A DNA stretch of 63,417 nucleotides, filler included, from Octopus bimaculoides (GCF_001194135.2; 5 parts of 5 records of this genome joined end to end with filler, not necessarily neighbours in it); one strand, 5' to 3'. Shown: positions 40,980 to 52,230, counted from the first letter of the whole stretch. The notes: generated by a model from the letters alone, not told the origin. Numbers and translations: made by a program.

Positions 40980-43101
40980 TACCCACACACATATTTGTGG
41001 GTCTGTATGATAGAATGAGAAAGAGATGATGATGATGAGAGAAGGAGCGAGAGAAGGAGGGAAAAGAAAAATACAGAGATGGAGTTTGCTCTTCGTAATT
41101 CCAAGACTTTGACAAGACGTGCGAAGCTTCAAAGACCTTCACAGCTTAATATCGCACACACAGAAACATTAAAATTTTGAAGGTGCATACTATAGTCAAT
41201 CGTATCAATCCCAGTACTTCATTTCTACCTATTTTATCAACCCACCCCACTCAAAAGGAAGGACAGCAAAACTGACCTAGGCGGGTTTCGAACTCAGAAC
41301 GTAACGGGACGCAATGAAATTGCACAAGGTAGGCGTATAGTCCACCACTCTAGCAGTTCTTCCTCAAATATTCAAATATTTGTCATCGGTGAATCAGGCG
41401 TATTATGAACACACATCGTCTAAATAGAGATGTTCTCCGATAATGGAAAGCAACAGTCATTCGCATATTCACGTTCGAATCTGCCAGGGTGTATTGGGAA
41501 TAAATAGACACGCTGTTGTTTGGATTCTTGCCATTCTGCGTGCATCTCACGAATTATTCAAAGACCATCTTTCATTATTTAGACTCGAGAAGTGAGTCTG
41601 GAAATAGAATAGTGCAGAGGATTAGCAGTCCTACCTGGTCTACATGTTGCTGTAGTGAAGGCCCAGTGATTAGGGCAGCGGACCCGCGGTCGTAGAATCG
41701 CGGTTTCGAATCTGCCACATCCACTGTTCTGGTGTTGCCGAAATATTCTCAGAATTTGTTTTAAGTTATTCTTGCAAATTTATATTTTACTCATTAGCAA
41801 TAACTGCCACTCCACAAGATCCTAGTATGTCTGGAGATTATAGCGTTCAGTAATTCTTTCTGCTACAAACCCAAAGCCTGAAATTTTGTGGGGAAAGGGC
41901 TAATCGATTACATCGATTCCAGTACGCAATTTTTTTCTTTAATTATTTTATCGACCCCGAAAGGTTGAAAGGCGAAGTCGACTTCGACGGTATTTGAACT
42001 GTGAACGTAAATCCGGAAGAGTCGATCTAATCGATTGCCCCCCCCTCCCCAAAAATTTCGGGCCATGTGCCTAGAGTAGAAAAGAATCGTTAGTGCGTCG
42101 AACAAAATGCTTAAAGGCATTTCATCCAGTTCTTTACATTCCAAGTTTAAACCTTGCTGTGGTCAATTTTGTCCTCTCAACCTTTCGAGGTCAATAAAAT
42201 AAAGTAGCGGTCAAGTACTAGGATCGATGTAATCGACTAATTCCTTCCTTATAAAATTTCTGGCTTTGTNNNNNNNNNNNNNNNNNNNNNNNNNNNNNNN
42301 NNNNNNNNNNNNNNNNNNNNNNNNNNNNNNNNNNNNNNNNNNNNNNNNNNNNNNNNNNNNNNNNNNNNNNNNNNNNNNNNNNNNNNNNNNNNNNNNNNNN
42401 NNNNNNNNNNNNNNNNNNNNNNNNNNNNNNNNNNNNNNNNNNNNNNNNNNNNNNNNNNNNNNNNNNNNNNNNNNNNNNNNNNNNNNNNNNNNNNNNNNNN
42501 NNNNNNNNNNNNNNNNNNNNNNNNNNNNNNNNNNNNNNNNNNNNNNNNAATAACAGAATAAAAGAATAAATAGAGATTGTCAGAATCGTTAACGTGGTAC
42601 TTTTAAGTATTTGATGCGGCTCTTTATATTCTGAGTTCTAATCCCATCACAGTCAGCCATGCCTTTCATCCTTCCGGAGTCGATATAAAATAGTTACCAG
42701 TGAAGTACTGAGTTCAATATAAATGATTACCAAACACCCCCCCCCCTCCAGCAAATCCAGGGCCTTGAGCCCAGGGTTAGCAATCGGTATTTTACTTTTT
42801 TCTTTCTGATATCAAGAAACAAACGAAAATAGAGACAAAAACAAAACGAAAAAAAAAATGAACAACAACAAAAAAAAACAGCCCTTACTTCTGTCCCTTG
42901 TCATTATCCCGACCCTACCCAACACAATAACAATAACAACAACAATACGTGAAACAATAACACAAATGATAAAATAAATCATGAAAAGAAAGAAACAAAA
43001 ATATTGAAAAAAAAGAAAATTAAAACAAACAAAAAAAAAACAAAAGAAAGTAAAAAATATAATTAAACAAAAACAACGAAAGAGTTGTTTGTGAGTTCAA
43101 A

Positions 43102-43217
43102 TTAGAATTTTGCTGGTTGCTGCATTATTTTATTGAAGTCTTCCTCGCATATGTCATCCTGATCGCTCTCTCCAAGTTTCGATCTGTCGTAAAAATATTC
43201 TTCGGGTCCATCTTTAC
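43102..43217 (-). CDS. MEGF-like receptor last coding exon: (G)KDGPEEYFYDRSKLGESDQDDICEEDFNKIMQQPAKF*
   Basis: Acceptor cttgtcctgtgtattgaacag; phase 1; acidic peptide ending in TAA, followed by U-rich 3'UTR-like sequence. Not in the ORF track. Confidence 0.8.
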
Positions 43218-43266
43218 CTGTTCAATACACAGGACAAGATAAGAGACGAAAAGAAAATATACATAC

Positions 43267-43297
<31 letters not shown>

Positions 43298-43628
43298 ATT
43301 AAAAATACATATTAAGTACAGGACATCACGAGTGAAAAATACGTAAACACAGGGGAGATAAGTACAGGACAAAATACCAAGGGATGTCTAACTCCTCCTC
43401 AGTTGTCGACTGTTTATTGCTACCTGTTTCGAGCTTTCAACGTCAATATATATATATTTGCTAATTTAGCCTTAAATCTTAAATTAGTATTAAAAATTAA
43501 TTTAGACTTATATGCACTATGTCTGGATAATAAAATAAATTTAGACTTAAATATACTATGATTATATAATAAATGGGATGTTCATGGCTGGAATGTCTTT
43601 TAGCGTGAGTACAAGATTGTACAATGGC

Positions 43629-43705
43629 GAGCGTAGAGACATGCAAATGTTCAGCGTAGAGACATACAAACTGTTCAGCGTAGAGACATACAACTGTTCA
43701 GCGAA
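43629..43705. repeat. ~24-bp tandem repeat, 3 copies (agcgtagagacatacaaactgttc)
   Basis: Visible directly in the sequence. Confidence 0.8.
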
Positions 43706-43835
43706 TAAACAATTTAGAGACACCATCTGCATAATAAGCGATAGTTAAGTTCGTGTTAACACATTAAATGCACGTTAAATCACCGTTTACTTTACATTAA
43801 ATCAGATTTATTATTATTGTTAGTTTATGTCCTTT

Positions 43836-43990
43836 GTCTGGAAATATTTCGTCAAACGTCCTGTGACCTCTTCATGTCTTCTCCTATGGTGTATAGTCCA
43901 TTTAGAATGGACTGAACAGAACAGCGGGAGACACGTGGGACGGAGAGTCGCTGAAGAGGTCACAGGATGTATGACGAAAGATTTCCAGGC
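43836..43990. repeat. 39-bp inverted repeat (35/39 identity, 77-nt spacer) carrying hammerhead-core-like boxes
   Basis: 43836-43874 is the reverse complement of 43952-43990 (tgaagaggtcacagga.gt.tgacgaaa.atttccag.c). Confidence 0.8.
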
Positions 43991-44930
43991 ACATTAAATC
44001 ACTATTTATTTGGTGATTCTTTTATCGCCACTTGAAGTCTATTATTCACTGATAAGGTAATAATCCTTTCTACTATAAACACAAGGACTGAAATTTATAA
44101 GCAGGGTGGGCCTAGCTGATTACATAGACTCCCAGTGTTCAACTGGTATTTATTTTATCGACCCGAAAGGATAAAAGGCAGAATTTGTATTCAGAACGAA
44201 AGGCTCCTAAGCATTTTGTCTGGCGCACTAACGATTCTGCTGACTCACCGCCTTCTTATGAGGGGATAATAAGACCGAAACATGTCCAGTGTTATCTTCC
44301 CTTCTTTGCTGAGATATATAAAATTAGTCATTGACTAATATTATTTTGTTCTCTTTCTTCTTTCTTCGCTTTTCAGTGTTTATTTTATCATATATGTTAA
44401 CACTAACTTGACTGTTGTTATTCAAGCGGGTGGCGTGTCTGAGTTAATTTATTCTCTAAAACATTGTTGACTTACCGTCATGTGGTAGAGCCACTCGGAC
44501 AGGAATGGAGTAACCGCTCTCAACCATGTTACTTAACATGTCTCGTTCTATTTGCTTATTGTCGACTTTATTTGCATCTATGCCTGCTGTAGCCCCTGGA
44601 GGGGAAGAAACAAAGGCCAGAGGGCCAGAAATTAAAACTTAAGGCATTAGATTAAGCATTAAGAAACTCCAAGGCACACGTCATAACGAAATTAATTTTG
44701 ATTTTAGCATCGTTTAAATCGCAGGAAAAAATCTCTCCTAAAACACGCCCCACATACACACACGCATTACCCCCCCACGCCAGATTCTAAAAACACACTT
44801 TCACACTTTATGAGTGGAAGATGTGTAAAGAAAGACACACATACACATGCATGCAGCTCTCTCTCTCTCTGGACCGTTGGGGAATTTTTTTCTTCTGTCT
44901 TTCTTTTCTCTTGGACTTTCCTCTGTCTCT

Positions 44931-44967
44931 TGGTTCTGAAGAAGGGCTTTGTTCGAAACGTAAAACA
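44931..44967 (+). ncRNA. Candidate minimal type-I hammerhead ribozyme within a small intronic repeat
   Basis: TGGTT-CTGAAGA-A-GGGC(TTT)GTTC-GAA-ACGT-A-AAACA: intact core, 4-bp stem II with two G-U pairs, palindromic ACGT stem III, and stem I pairing at 4 of 5 positions. Confidence 0.5.
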
Positions 44968-45088
44968 GCCTTTCTTTCCTTCTCTGAGAGTTTTATTAAT
45001 ACTTTGTATGTACCACCTCCTCGCGTTTTTCTTTTTTTCTTGTCCTTTTTCTCCGTTTTATTATACATACATACATACATACATACAT

Positions 45089-45121
<33 letters not shown>

Positions 45122-45142
45122 TATATATACAGATATATTTAC

Positions 45143-45197
<55 letters not shown>

Positions 45198-45389
45198 GTG
45201 AGTGTGTATAATATGAGTGTGTGTGTGTTTGTGTGTGCCTGTGTGTATACAAATATATGTGTATTACTGTATTACATTTCTTTATGTACAACGCCAATTG
45301 AATTCGTTTTTCCAGAATGTTTAAATGTTTCTCTCTCTCCCTCCACCCTTTCTCTCTCTCTCAATCTTTCTCTGACACAGAGAGAGCAC

Positions 45390-45427
<38 letters not shown>

Positions 45428-45636
45428 AGGAGAGAGAAACAGAGAGACAGACAGACTGCTTTGAACGAAAAAATTTCCATTGCCAAAAAAGGTCATTCAA
45501 AACGGATTTGACGCCAAAAGAGACATGCCAAGAAGCCTGCGCCAAAACGACAGCACCCAATTATCAAGTACCCTTTGAGCTACGTATACATCTCAATGTA
45601 CATACATACATACATACATATATTTATATACATAAA

Positions 45637-45681
<45 letters not shown>

Positions 45682-45694
45682 AAACCACACTTAC

Positions 45695-45913
45695 CTAGTT
45701 GGTTGACGTTTTTGCTGGGGTTTGCTGATTTAGCTATGTTATTGTGTTGGTCAAGTTGCACGTTTTGTGTAGGTGGAGTAGTTATTCCGCCAGCTGCACC
45801 TGCAACAGTTGCCGTTGTAGTTGTTGGTCCGCCATCTTGGAATATTGGACCGGAAATAGGGATGCGCGTATTATTGGGAGATGGCATTCCATAGATGGGG
45901 TTGTCAATTCCGG
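45695..45913 (-). CDS. MEGF-like receptor cytoplasmic exon with NPxY: (A)GIDNPIYGMPSP...KNVNQL
   Basis: Acceptor attaccattcag, donor CTAG|GTAAGT; 219 nt, phase 1-1; DNPIY motif. Confidence 0.9.
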
Positions 45914-45917
45914 CTGA

Positions 45918-45960
<43 letters not shown>

Positions 45961-46557
45961 TAATCGTGATGATGATGATGATGAGAATGTTTGCGCATGC
46001 GCGTACGTGTGTACGTTTATGAGTGTTTGTGTGCGTGTGTCTGTTTGTATGTAGATGTCATATGTGTATGTATGCGCGCGCAAATATGTACGTATGCATA
46101 CGGATATATTTATGAATGTATAATATAGACACACTCACACAAACACACACACACACACACACACACATACTCATACATATAAACAATGTTTGTGTGTGTA
46201 TGTGTATGGGGGGATCTATTCCATCTCAATCAGATTTTTTGATTAATTATTTTTAACTAAACAGTTTGAAACTTCGAATACTGGTAGAATTTCTCACGCA
46301 GAACATGGTTTACTCTGAACGTTTTTGACCAAATTTCGTATTTTAGAAGTTATTTCGTGTTAAAGTTGTCGTATTTGGGTAATTTCAACCAATCAACGAC
46401 GTGTATTTTGTTGAAGAAAGCTACCGCTGTTTGCGATAGTAATCGAAGAGGATCAACTTCTTTGTATCTATATCCATACATATATGCATGTATGCATATA
46501 TTTGTATGTAATATATATATGTATATTATACATGATATAAAAGAGGATGTAACTTAC

Positions 46558-46767
46558 CGACTTCCACATTGTGCTTATATTTCATGACTCTTTGAGCTCC
46601 TTCAGCCGCTTGTAGTCCCAACCGGCGCAGCTTGTTTCGGTAATAGAATGCCATAGAAACCAATACGATGACAAGGACTATGAGGAGAACAATCAGCACC
46701 ATAGTGGTGGCGCTCATGGATGGCTTGTCTTGGCTCTCCATACCGTAAGCAGCATTGGCTATCTTTA
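46558..46767 (-). CDS. MEGF-like receptor transmembrane exon: KIANAAYGMESQDKPSMSATTMVLIVLLIVLVIVLVSMAFYYRNKLRRLGLQAAEGAQRVMKYKHNVEV
   Basis: Acceptor ctgtttccacag, donor GTCG|GTAAGT; 210 nt, phase 1-1; ~20-aa hydrophobic stretch followed by the basic stop-transfer RNKLRR. Confidence 0.92.
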
Positions 46768-47274
46768 CTGTGGAAACAGTGGCATATACGAGTATTTAAT
46801 TATCGGAAAGATTGATTTTCGATGGCGATAGAGAAAGAGGGAAAGGTGGGAAGAGGAAGAGAGGAAGTAAGCGGAGGATGAAGTGACGTTGGGAGGGAGA
46901 CCAAAGAACGTATCGATTAGATAGCTGAGAGAGATAGATGGGAGACTTGATGGATGAATGGCTGGAGGGGGTGAATGATTGTAGAGAAAATTCAAAAGGG
47001 AGTATATAAACGATTAACGGGAAAGGAACGAAAGCCATGGAACACACAAAACTACCTCTCATCAGCCATGAAATCCAGGCTATAAGCGCAGTTTCGGAGC
47101 GTTTAAGGTCAGAAGATATTAATTAAACTCTATGGTACTGCTCGTCCAATTGTGCCAGTGGTAAGGAATATCGGTAAGATGATGGACAAAGAAGGACAAA
47201 GAAGGACAAAACGAAAAACAACAACGAAACAAAAGCAGGGCAGAAAATTACGGAAAGAAACAATACGGTAACAG

Positions 47275-47334
<60 letters not shown>

Positions 47335-48157
47335 NNNNNNNNNNNNNNNNNNNNNNNNNNNNNNNNNNNNNNNNNNNNNNNNNNNNNNNNNNNNNNNNNN
47401 NNNNNNNNNNNNNNNNNNNNNNNNNNNNNNNNNNNNNNNNNNNNNNNNNNNNNNNNNNNNNNNNNNNNNNNNNNNNNNNNNNNNNNNNNNNNNNNNNNNN
47501 NNNNNNNNNNNNNNNNNNNNNNNNNNNNNNNNNNNNNNNNNNNNNNNNNNNNNNNNNNNNNNNNNNNNNNNNNNNNNNNNNNNNNNNNNNNNNNNNNNNN
47601 NNNNNNNNNNNNNNNNNNNNNNNNNNNNNNNNNNNNNNNNNNNNNNNNNNNNNNNNNNNNNNNNNNNNNNNNNNNNNNNNNNNNNNNNNNNNNNNNNNNN
47701 NNNNNNNNNNNNNNNNNNNNNNNNNNNNNNNNNNNNNNNNNNNNNNNNNNNNNNNNNNNNNNNNNNNNNNNNNNNNNNNNNNNNNNNNNNNNNNNNNNNN
47801 NNNNNNNNNNNNNNNNNNNNNNNNNNNNNNNNNNNNNNNNNNNNNNNNNNNNNNNNNNNNNNNNNNNNNNNNNNNNNNNNNNNNNNNNNNNNNNNNNNNN
47901 NNNNNNNNNNNNNNNNNNNNNNNNNNNNNNNNNNNNNNNNNNNNNACACACACACACACACACACAGGAAAATATATGACAGGTTATGTTGTATGTGTGC
48001 CGTCTCGCATGCATGTGTAAGTACATATAGTATATAGCGGAATAATAACATGGGCTAACTAGAAACACGGGTGTGTACTCGTTAGAATTGATTGGTCAAC
48101 TCCGAGAGTTTTTTACCGATAGAAAGCCTGTTTAGGAGGTTATTCGCAGCGTCTTAC

Positions 48158-48193
48158 GTGCTGTAAATCGGAATTGCACGGGCGGGACATATC
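48158..48193 (-). CDS. Probable 36-nt juxtamembrane microexon: (R)YVPPVQFRFTA(L)
   Basis: Pyrimidine-rich acceptor ttctttcctcttactattttgcattttgataaag, donor CAC|GTAAGA; phase 1-1 and open in the gene's frame. No transcript evidence. Confidence 0.55.
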
Positions 48194-48420
48194 CTTTATC
48201 AAAATGCAAAATAGTAAGAGGAAAGAATTTTGCAAAGCAAGATTTTAAAGAAAAAAAAAAAAGGAAAAAGAACGTAATATACAAAAATATTTTTTTAAAG
48301 TTAAGTATAAAATGCATCTGTTACATACACACAGACACACACACATACAAACATATATATGCATATTCAAATATATATACACATACGTACATAAGCACAC
48401 ATACATATATATACATACAG

Positions 48421-48457
<37 letters not shown>

Positions 48458-48485
48458 CAGCCATTATCTATAAAGCTTCACTTAC

Positions 48486-48614
48486 TTTCTTTACAGTGTA
48501 CACCAGTATATCCCGGAAGACATCGGCAGGCGCCATCATTGGTGCGGCATTTTCCACCATTGCTGCACTCGCATTTAAACTGGCAGTTTTCACCGAAATA
48601 ACCTGGTTCGCATT
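48486..48614 (-). CDS. MEGF-like receptor exon: (E)CEPGYFGENCQFKCECSNGGKCRTNDGACRCLPGYTGVHCKE
   Basis: 129 nt, phase 1-1; donor GAAA|GTAAGT; the acceptor AG follows an A17 run (see findings); one EGF repeat. Confidence 0.9.
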
Positions 48615-48721
48615 CTTTTTTTTTTTTTTTTTCAAGTGGCAATGTAACAGAGGGATAGAGAAAAACAGTAATGTAGATTAATAAATACATACATTCATAT
48701 ATACATACATACGTACATACA

Positions 48722-49262
48722 TAAAAAATACCCTGTTGTTGATGTCGAAATTCCAATGAAGGAACCTTGGATCTAGGTTAAAAATCGGCTCTTTCTCTAT
48801 TGGCGAGAAATCTTGAAAGAAAACTGAACAATGACATACATACATACATACATATATACATACATACACACATACACACACACATACATACATACATACA
48901 TGCATACATACATACATACATACATACATACATAAGGCTTCTCAAAATTAGAAAGGAGAAAGTTGATTCGAAAACTACAGATCCAATCCATCGCTGGAAC
49001 TGTAATAATCTGTAAAACTTTCTAGAAGTTTATCATTTAAGTATTATACGAGCATGTCTAGAAGTGCAACTATGTGCATGAGAAGACATACATAAAACAA
49101 AGCATACAAATCGTCACATATGCAAACGTACACACAAACAAAATTACCCTGTTATTGATGTTGGAATTCCAATGAAGGAGCCTTGGATCTAGGTTTAAAA
49201 CGGTCTCTTTTTTTATTGGTAAGAAATTTTGAAATGAAACTGAACAATGACATACATACATA
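48722..49262. repeat. Two direct copies of a ~120-bp interspersed repeat (48722-48840, 49140-49262); third, inverted copy at 37702-37786
   Basis: Shared core aattccaatgaagga(a/g)ccttggatctaggtt, each followed by (TACA)n. Confidence 0.75.
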
Positions 49263-49799
49263 CAAACATACAAACATACACACAGACGGACAGACAAAAT
49301 CTTAAAAATAAGAACGTAAAAAGCAAACAAAGCGACGAAGTTAAAGTTATTAATTTTACATTCAAATATTTAGAAATAGAAATGTTTTAACGTTTCAGAG
49401 GAAACGTGCGCACGGAGGGGGAAAAAATGAAAGGAGAGAAATTTTGTCCGACGCGGTAACGATTCTAATAGCTTGTCGCCGTTCAGTGCCTTAATATTGG
49501 TTTCAAATTTTGGCACAAGGCCAGCAATTAGTGCGAGGGGAGGGTGTAAATCAATTTCATCGACCCCAGTGCTCAACTGGTATTTATTTTATCGACTGCG
49601 GAAGAATGAAAGACAAAATGGCCTCGGCGGGATTTGAACTCAGAAAGTAAGGGCAGACAAAATGCTGTGAAGCATTTTGCCCGGCGTGCTAACGATTCTG
49701 CCAGCTCACCACCTTGGTGCGTTTTAATATTATTACTAGAATATTATTGGAAGAAAAGTTTTTAAAAAATTAATCGCGAAATACTATCAGGAAGCTTAC

Positions 49800-49931
49800 C
49801 AACGTTACATTTGTCACCAAGCCAACCAGGAAGACACTGACAAAAGCCTGTCACACTATCACATCTGGCACCGTTAAAACAGGAATCGCATTTCTCACTG
49901 CAGTGTAGACCATATGTACCGTTTGGACATT
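49800..49931 (-). CDS. MEGF-like receptor exon: (E)CPNGTYGLHCSEKCDSCFNGARCDSVTGFCQCLPGWLGDKCNV
   Basis: Acceptor tttcttttcag, donor GTTG|GTAAGC; 132 nt, phase 1-1; one EGF repeat. Confidence 0.93.
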
Positions 49932-50010
49932 CTGAAAAGAAACCAAAAAAAGAGCGGTTCAAATTATCTTTTAGAGTTAGGTAAGTGCGCGCGCTTGTAT
50001 TTATATATAT

Positions 50011-50056
<46 letters not shown>

Positions 50057-50410
50057 ACACACACACACACACATACACACACACGAAATTAAATATTCAT
50101 GTGTAGCACATCATGTCGTGTATTTTAAAATCTAAGTTAAATTTAAAGTAGTTTAGCTGCAGTTTTTAAGTCTTTTACTGTTGAACATTAAACCATGAAT
50201 ATGTCTTGACATTTTCTTCGTATACACGAAAACAAAAGTTCCAACATGTTTCATGGTTCGTTGATCATTCATCAGAAGTAAAGAATCCCCCACCCACTAC
50301 ACACACACCGCTAACATTTTTTTTCTGTGTATGAAGAGAATAAGTGTATCTTTCGAATCCGAAACCTTTTAAAGGGTCACAGACATTCTTCAAAGCGATA
50401 TCCAACTTAC

Positions 50411-50551
50411 CTTTATCACAGAGATATCCCATCTTTCCTGGAGGACAGGTGCAAAGTCCAGTGAGTAAGTTACAACGTATGTCCCCCTCGTGCACAGGGC
50501 AAGCAGGACAGCTCTGTTTACACCAGAAACCGTAATATCCAGGTTCGCATT
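50411..50551 (-). CDS. MEGF-like receptor exon: (E)CEPGYYGFWCKQSCPACPVHEGDIRCNLLTGLCTCPPGKMGYLCDK
   Basis: Acceptor ttcctttacag, donor AAAG|GTAAGT; 141 nt, phase 1-1; one EGF repeat. Confidence 0.93.
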
Positions 50552-51252
50552 CTGTAAAGGAAATAAAATACGTCTTAGAAAAAAACAAAAAATCAGAAAA
50601 TGCGCAAGTGTGTTGTGCACAAGCATGCAAAGGTGTAGCATTGTTTTTTATGGCGAACAAGGAATGATCAGAGATCAAACGTGCACATGATGATGACGAT
50701 GACGACGACGACATCAACGATCATCATCATCATCATCATCATCATTGTTTTAGCGCCTAATTTTCCGTGCTTGAACAGATCAGACGGATATTCTATGGCC
50801 GCATGCCGTTTCGGTTGCCAACCGTCAATTGTTTCCCTATGACCGAACATATTTTCGCGGAAGACTGTAAACGAACAACCTCGCTTGCATGACGTGGAAA
50901 TTCATTTACAACTGTCACCAGATGTCACGACAACGAAATACAAACACACATGCATGTGTGTGTGTGTGTATACACGACGGGCTTCTTATAGTTTTCATCT
51001 ACCAAATCCAACTCATAAGGTTTTTGATCAATCAAGGGATTTAGTAGAAGGCACTTAGCCAAAGTGTCATACAGTGGGACTGAACTTGATACCACGTGGT
51101 TGAGAAGTTAACTTCTCAACCATACACCTGTGCTGGCACCAGGTGAAATATTTTCAAAAATCATTTCTAAATATGAGATTGATACCTCGGGAAATAATGT
51201 TTGTATTAACAACGACTTATCTCAGATATTTTGATATTTAAGATAATCTTAC

Positions 51253-51399
51253 CTTGTTCGCATTTATCACCAATCCACCCGGGTTGACAGTGGCATTTAC
51301 CCGTCTTCATGTCACATGATCCACCATTAGCACAGGTGCATACCCGGTCACAATTCTCACCCCATATACCATCAGGACAAGTACTGTTGCAAAAAACAC
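51253..51399 (-). CDS. MEGF-like receptor exon: (G)[48 protein letters not shown]
   Basis: Acceptor ttttcgcag, donor CAAG|GTAAGA; 147 nt, phase 1-1. Confidence 0.93.
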
Positions 51400-51768
51400 C
51401 TGCGAAAAACAAAAACAACAAAAAATTAACAAAATAACCAATAGAGAAGATTAAACAAAATGGTAAGGTCTTATACAAAAAATATAATTAGGATCTTTGT
51501 GGTTTTCGTCACTATTTACAATTATCTTTTTTTAAAAAAAAAAAAACAATTTAAAAAGGCGTAGGAGTGGCTGTGTGGTAAGTAGCTTGCTTACCAATCA
51601 CATGCTTCCGGGTTCATTGTCGGCCTTATGAGCAGTCAATCACAGGCAAAGGGATAATGTCAGCATTATGAACAGACAGTCTCTTCACACGCATTTCTAA
51701 TTTCTGAAAGAATGAACGTTTTCCTTTCTAATATTATTATATATGAATGGGTGTCACATTTATCTTAC

Positions 51769-51877
51769 CTGTCCATCCTTGTTCACACGAACAGAGTCCA
51801 GTTTCTGAATCACACCTGGCAGTATTGGAAGCGGTACAAGGACATTGTTCTCTACAGTTGACACCGAAACGACCATT
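51769..51877 (-). CDS. MEGF-like receptor exon: NGRFGVNCREQCPCTASNTARCDSETGLCSCEQGWT(G)
   Basis: Acceptor tctatttcaacag, donor ACAG|GTAAGA; 109 nt, phase 0 to 1. Absent from the ORF track and found by manual translation; it joins both neighbouring exons in frame. Confidence 0.92.
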
Positions 51878-52066
51878 CTGTTGAAATAGACAGACAGAAG
51901 GAAAAGAAGATAAGCGAAGATGAGGGGGTGCTGTGGGAGGAATAGGGTTACATCAATAAACAATTAAATATATTAATAAACAATTAAATATATTAACTTC
52001 CAGAAGGAAGGAAGACATTAAAACAAATGAATAAGTGATATAACGAAGAAACGAAACTTTACTCAC

Positions 52067-52230
52067 TGGACAAGTATCTTCACAGTGAATTCCTTTGAAT
52101 CCCGGCTTACAATGGCATTCTCCAGTCACGTGATCGCACGATGCATCATTCCTACAATCGCAGACTCTGGAACAGTTCTGTCCATACAAAACCCCAGGGC
52201 ACTGTTCTTCGCACATATGACCTCGCCAAC
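52067..52230 (-). CDS. MEGF-like receptor exon: (G)WRGHMCEEQCPGVLYGQNCSRVCDCRNDASCDHVTGECHCKPGFKGIHCEDTCP
   Basis: Acceptor ataatttag, donor CCA|GTGAGT; 164 nt, phase 1 to 0; EGF-repeat cysteine spacing. Confidence 0.93.

Larger units (their letters stand above)
43102..52230 (-). other. Gene model (3' part): MEGF10/MEGF11/Draper(CED-1)-like multiple-EGF single-pass receptor; join(52230..52067,51877..51769,51399..51253,50551..50411,49931..49800,48614..48486,[48193..48158],46767..46558,45913..45695,43217..43102)
   Basis: All introns are GT-AG and the phases chain without frameshift or stop to a TAA at 43104-43102. The product has six complete 8-Cys EGF-like repeats (CxxGxxGxxC...C.C..GW/F.G..C), a hydrophobic TM helix and an NPxY motif. 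Orthology to a specific MEGF gene was not tested. Confidence 0.9.

Noticed and set aside
41655-41712. tRNA-like sequences (also 29370-29450 and the SINE heads)
   Set aside because: They lack a complete cloverleaf and acceptor stem; they are SINE heads, not tRNA genes.
47041-47280. Possible extra receptor exon before the TM exon
   Set aside because: No acceptor/donor pair gave an open phase 1-1 exon.
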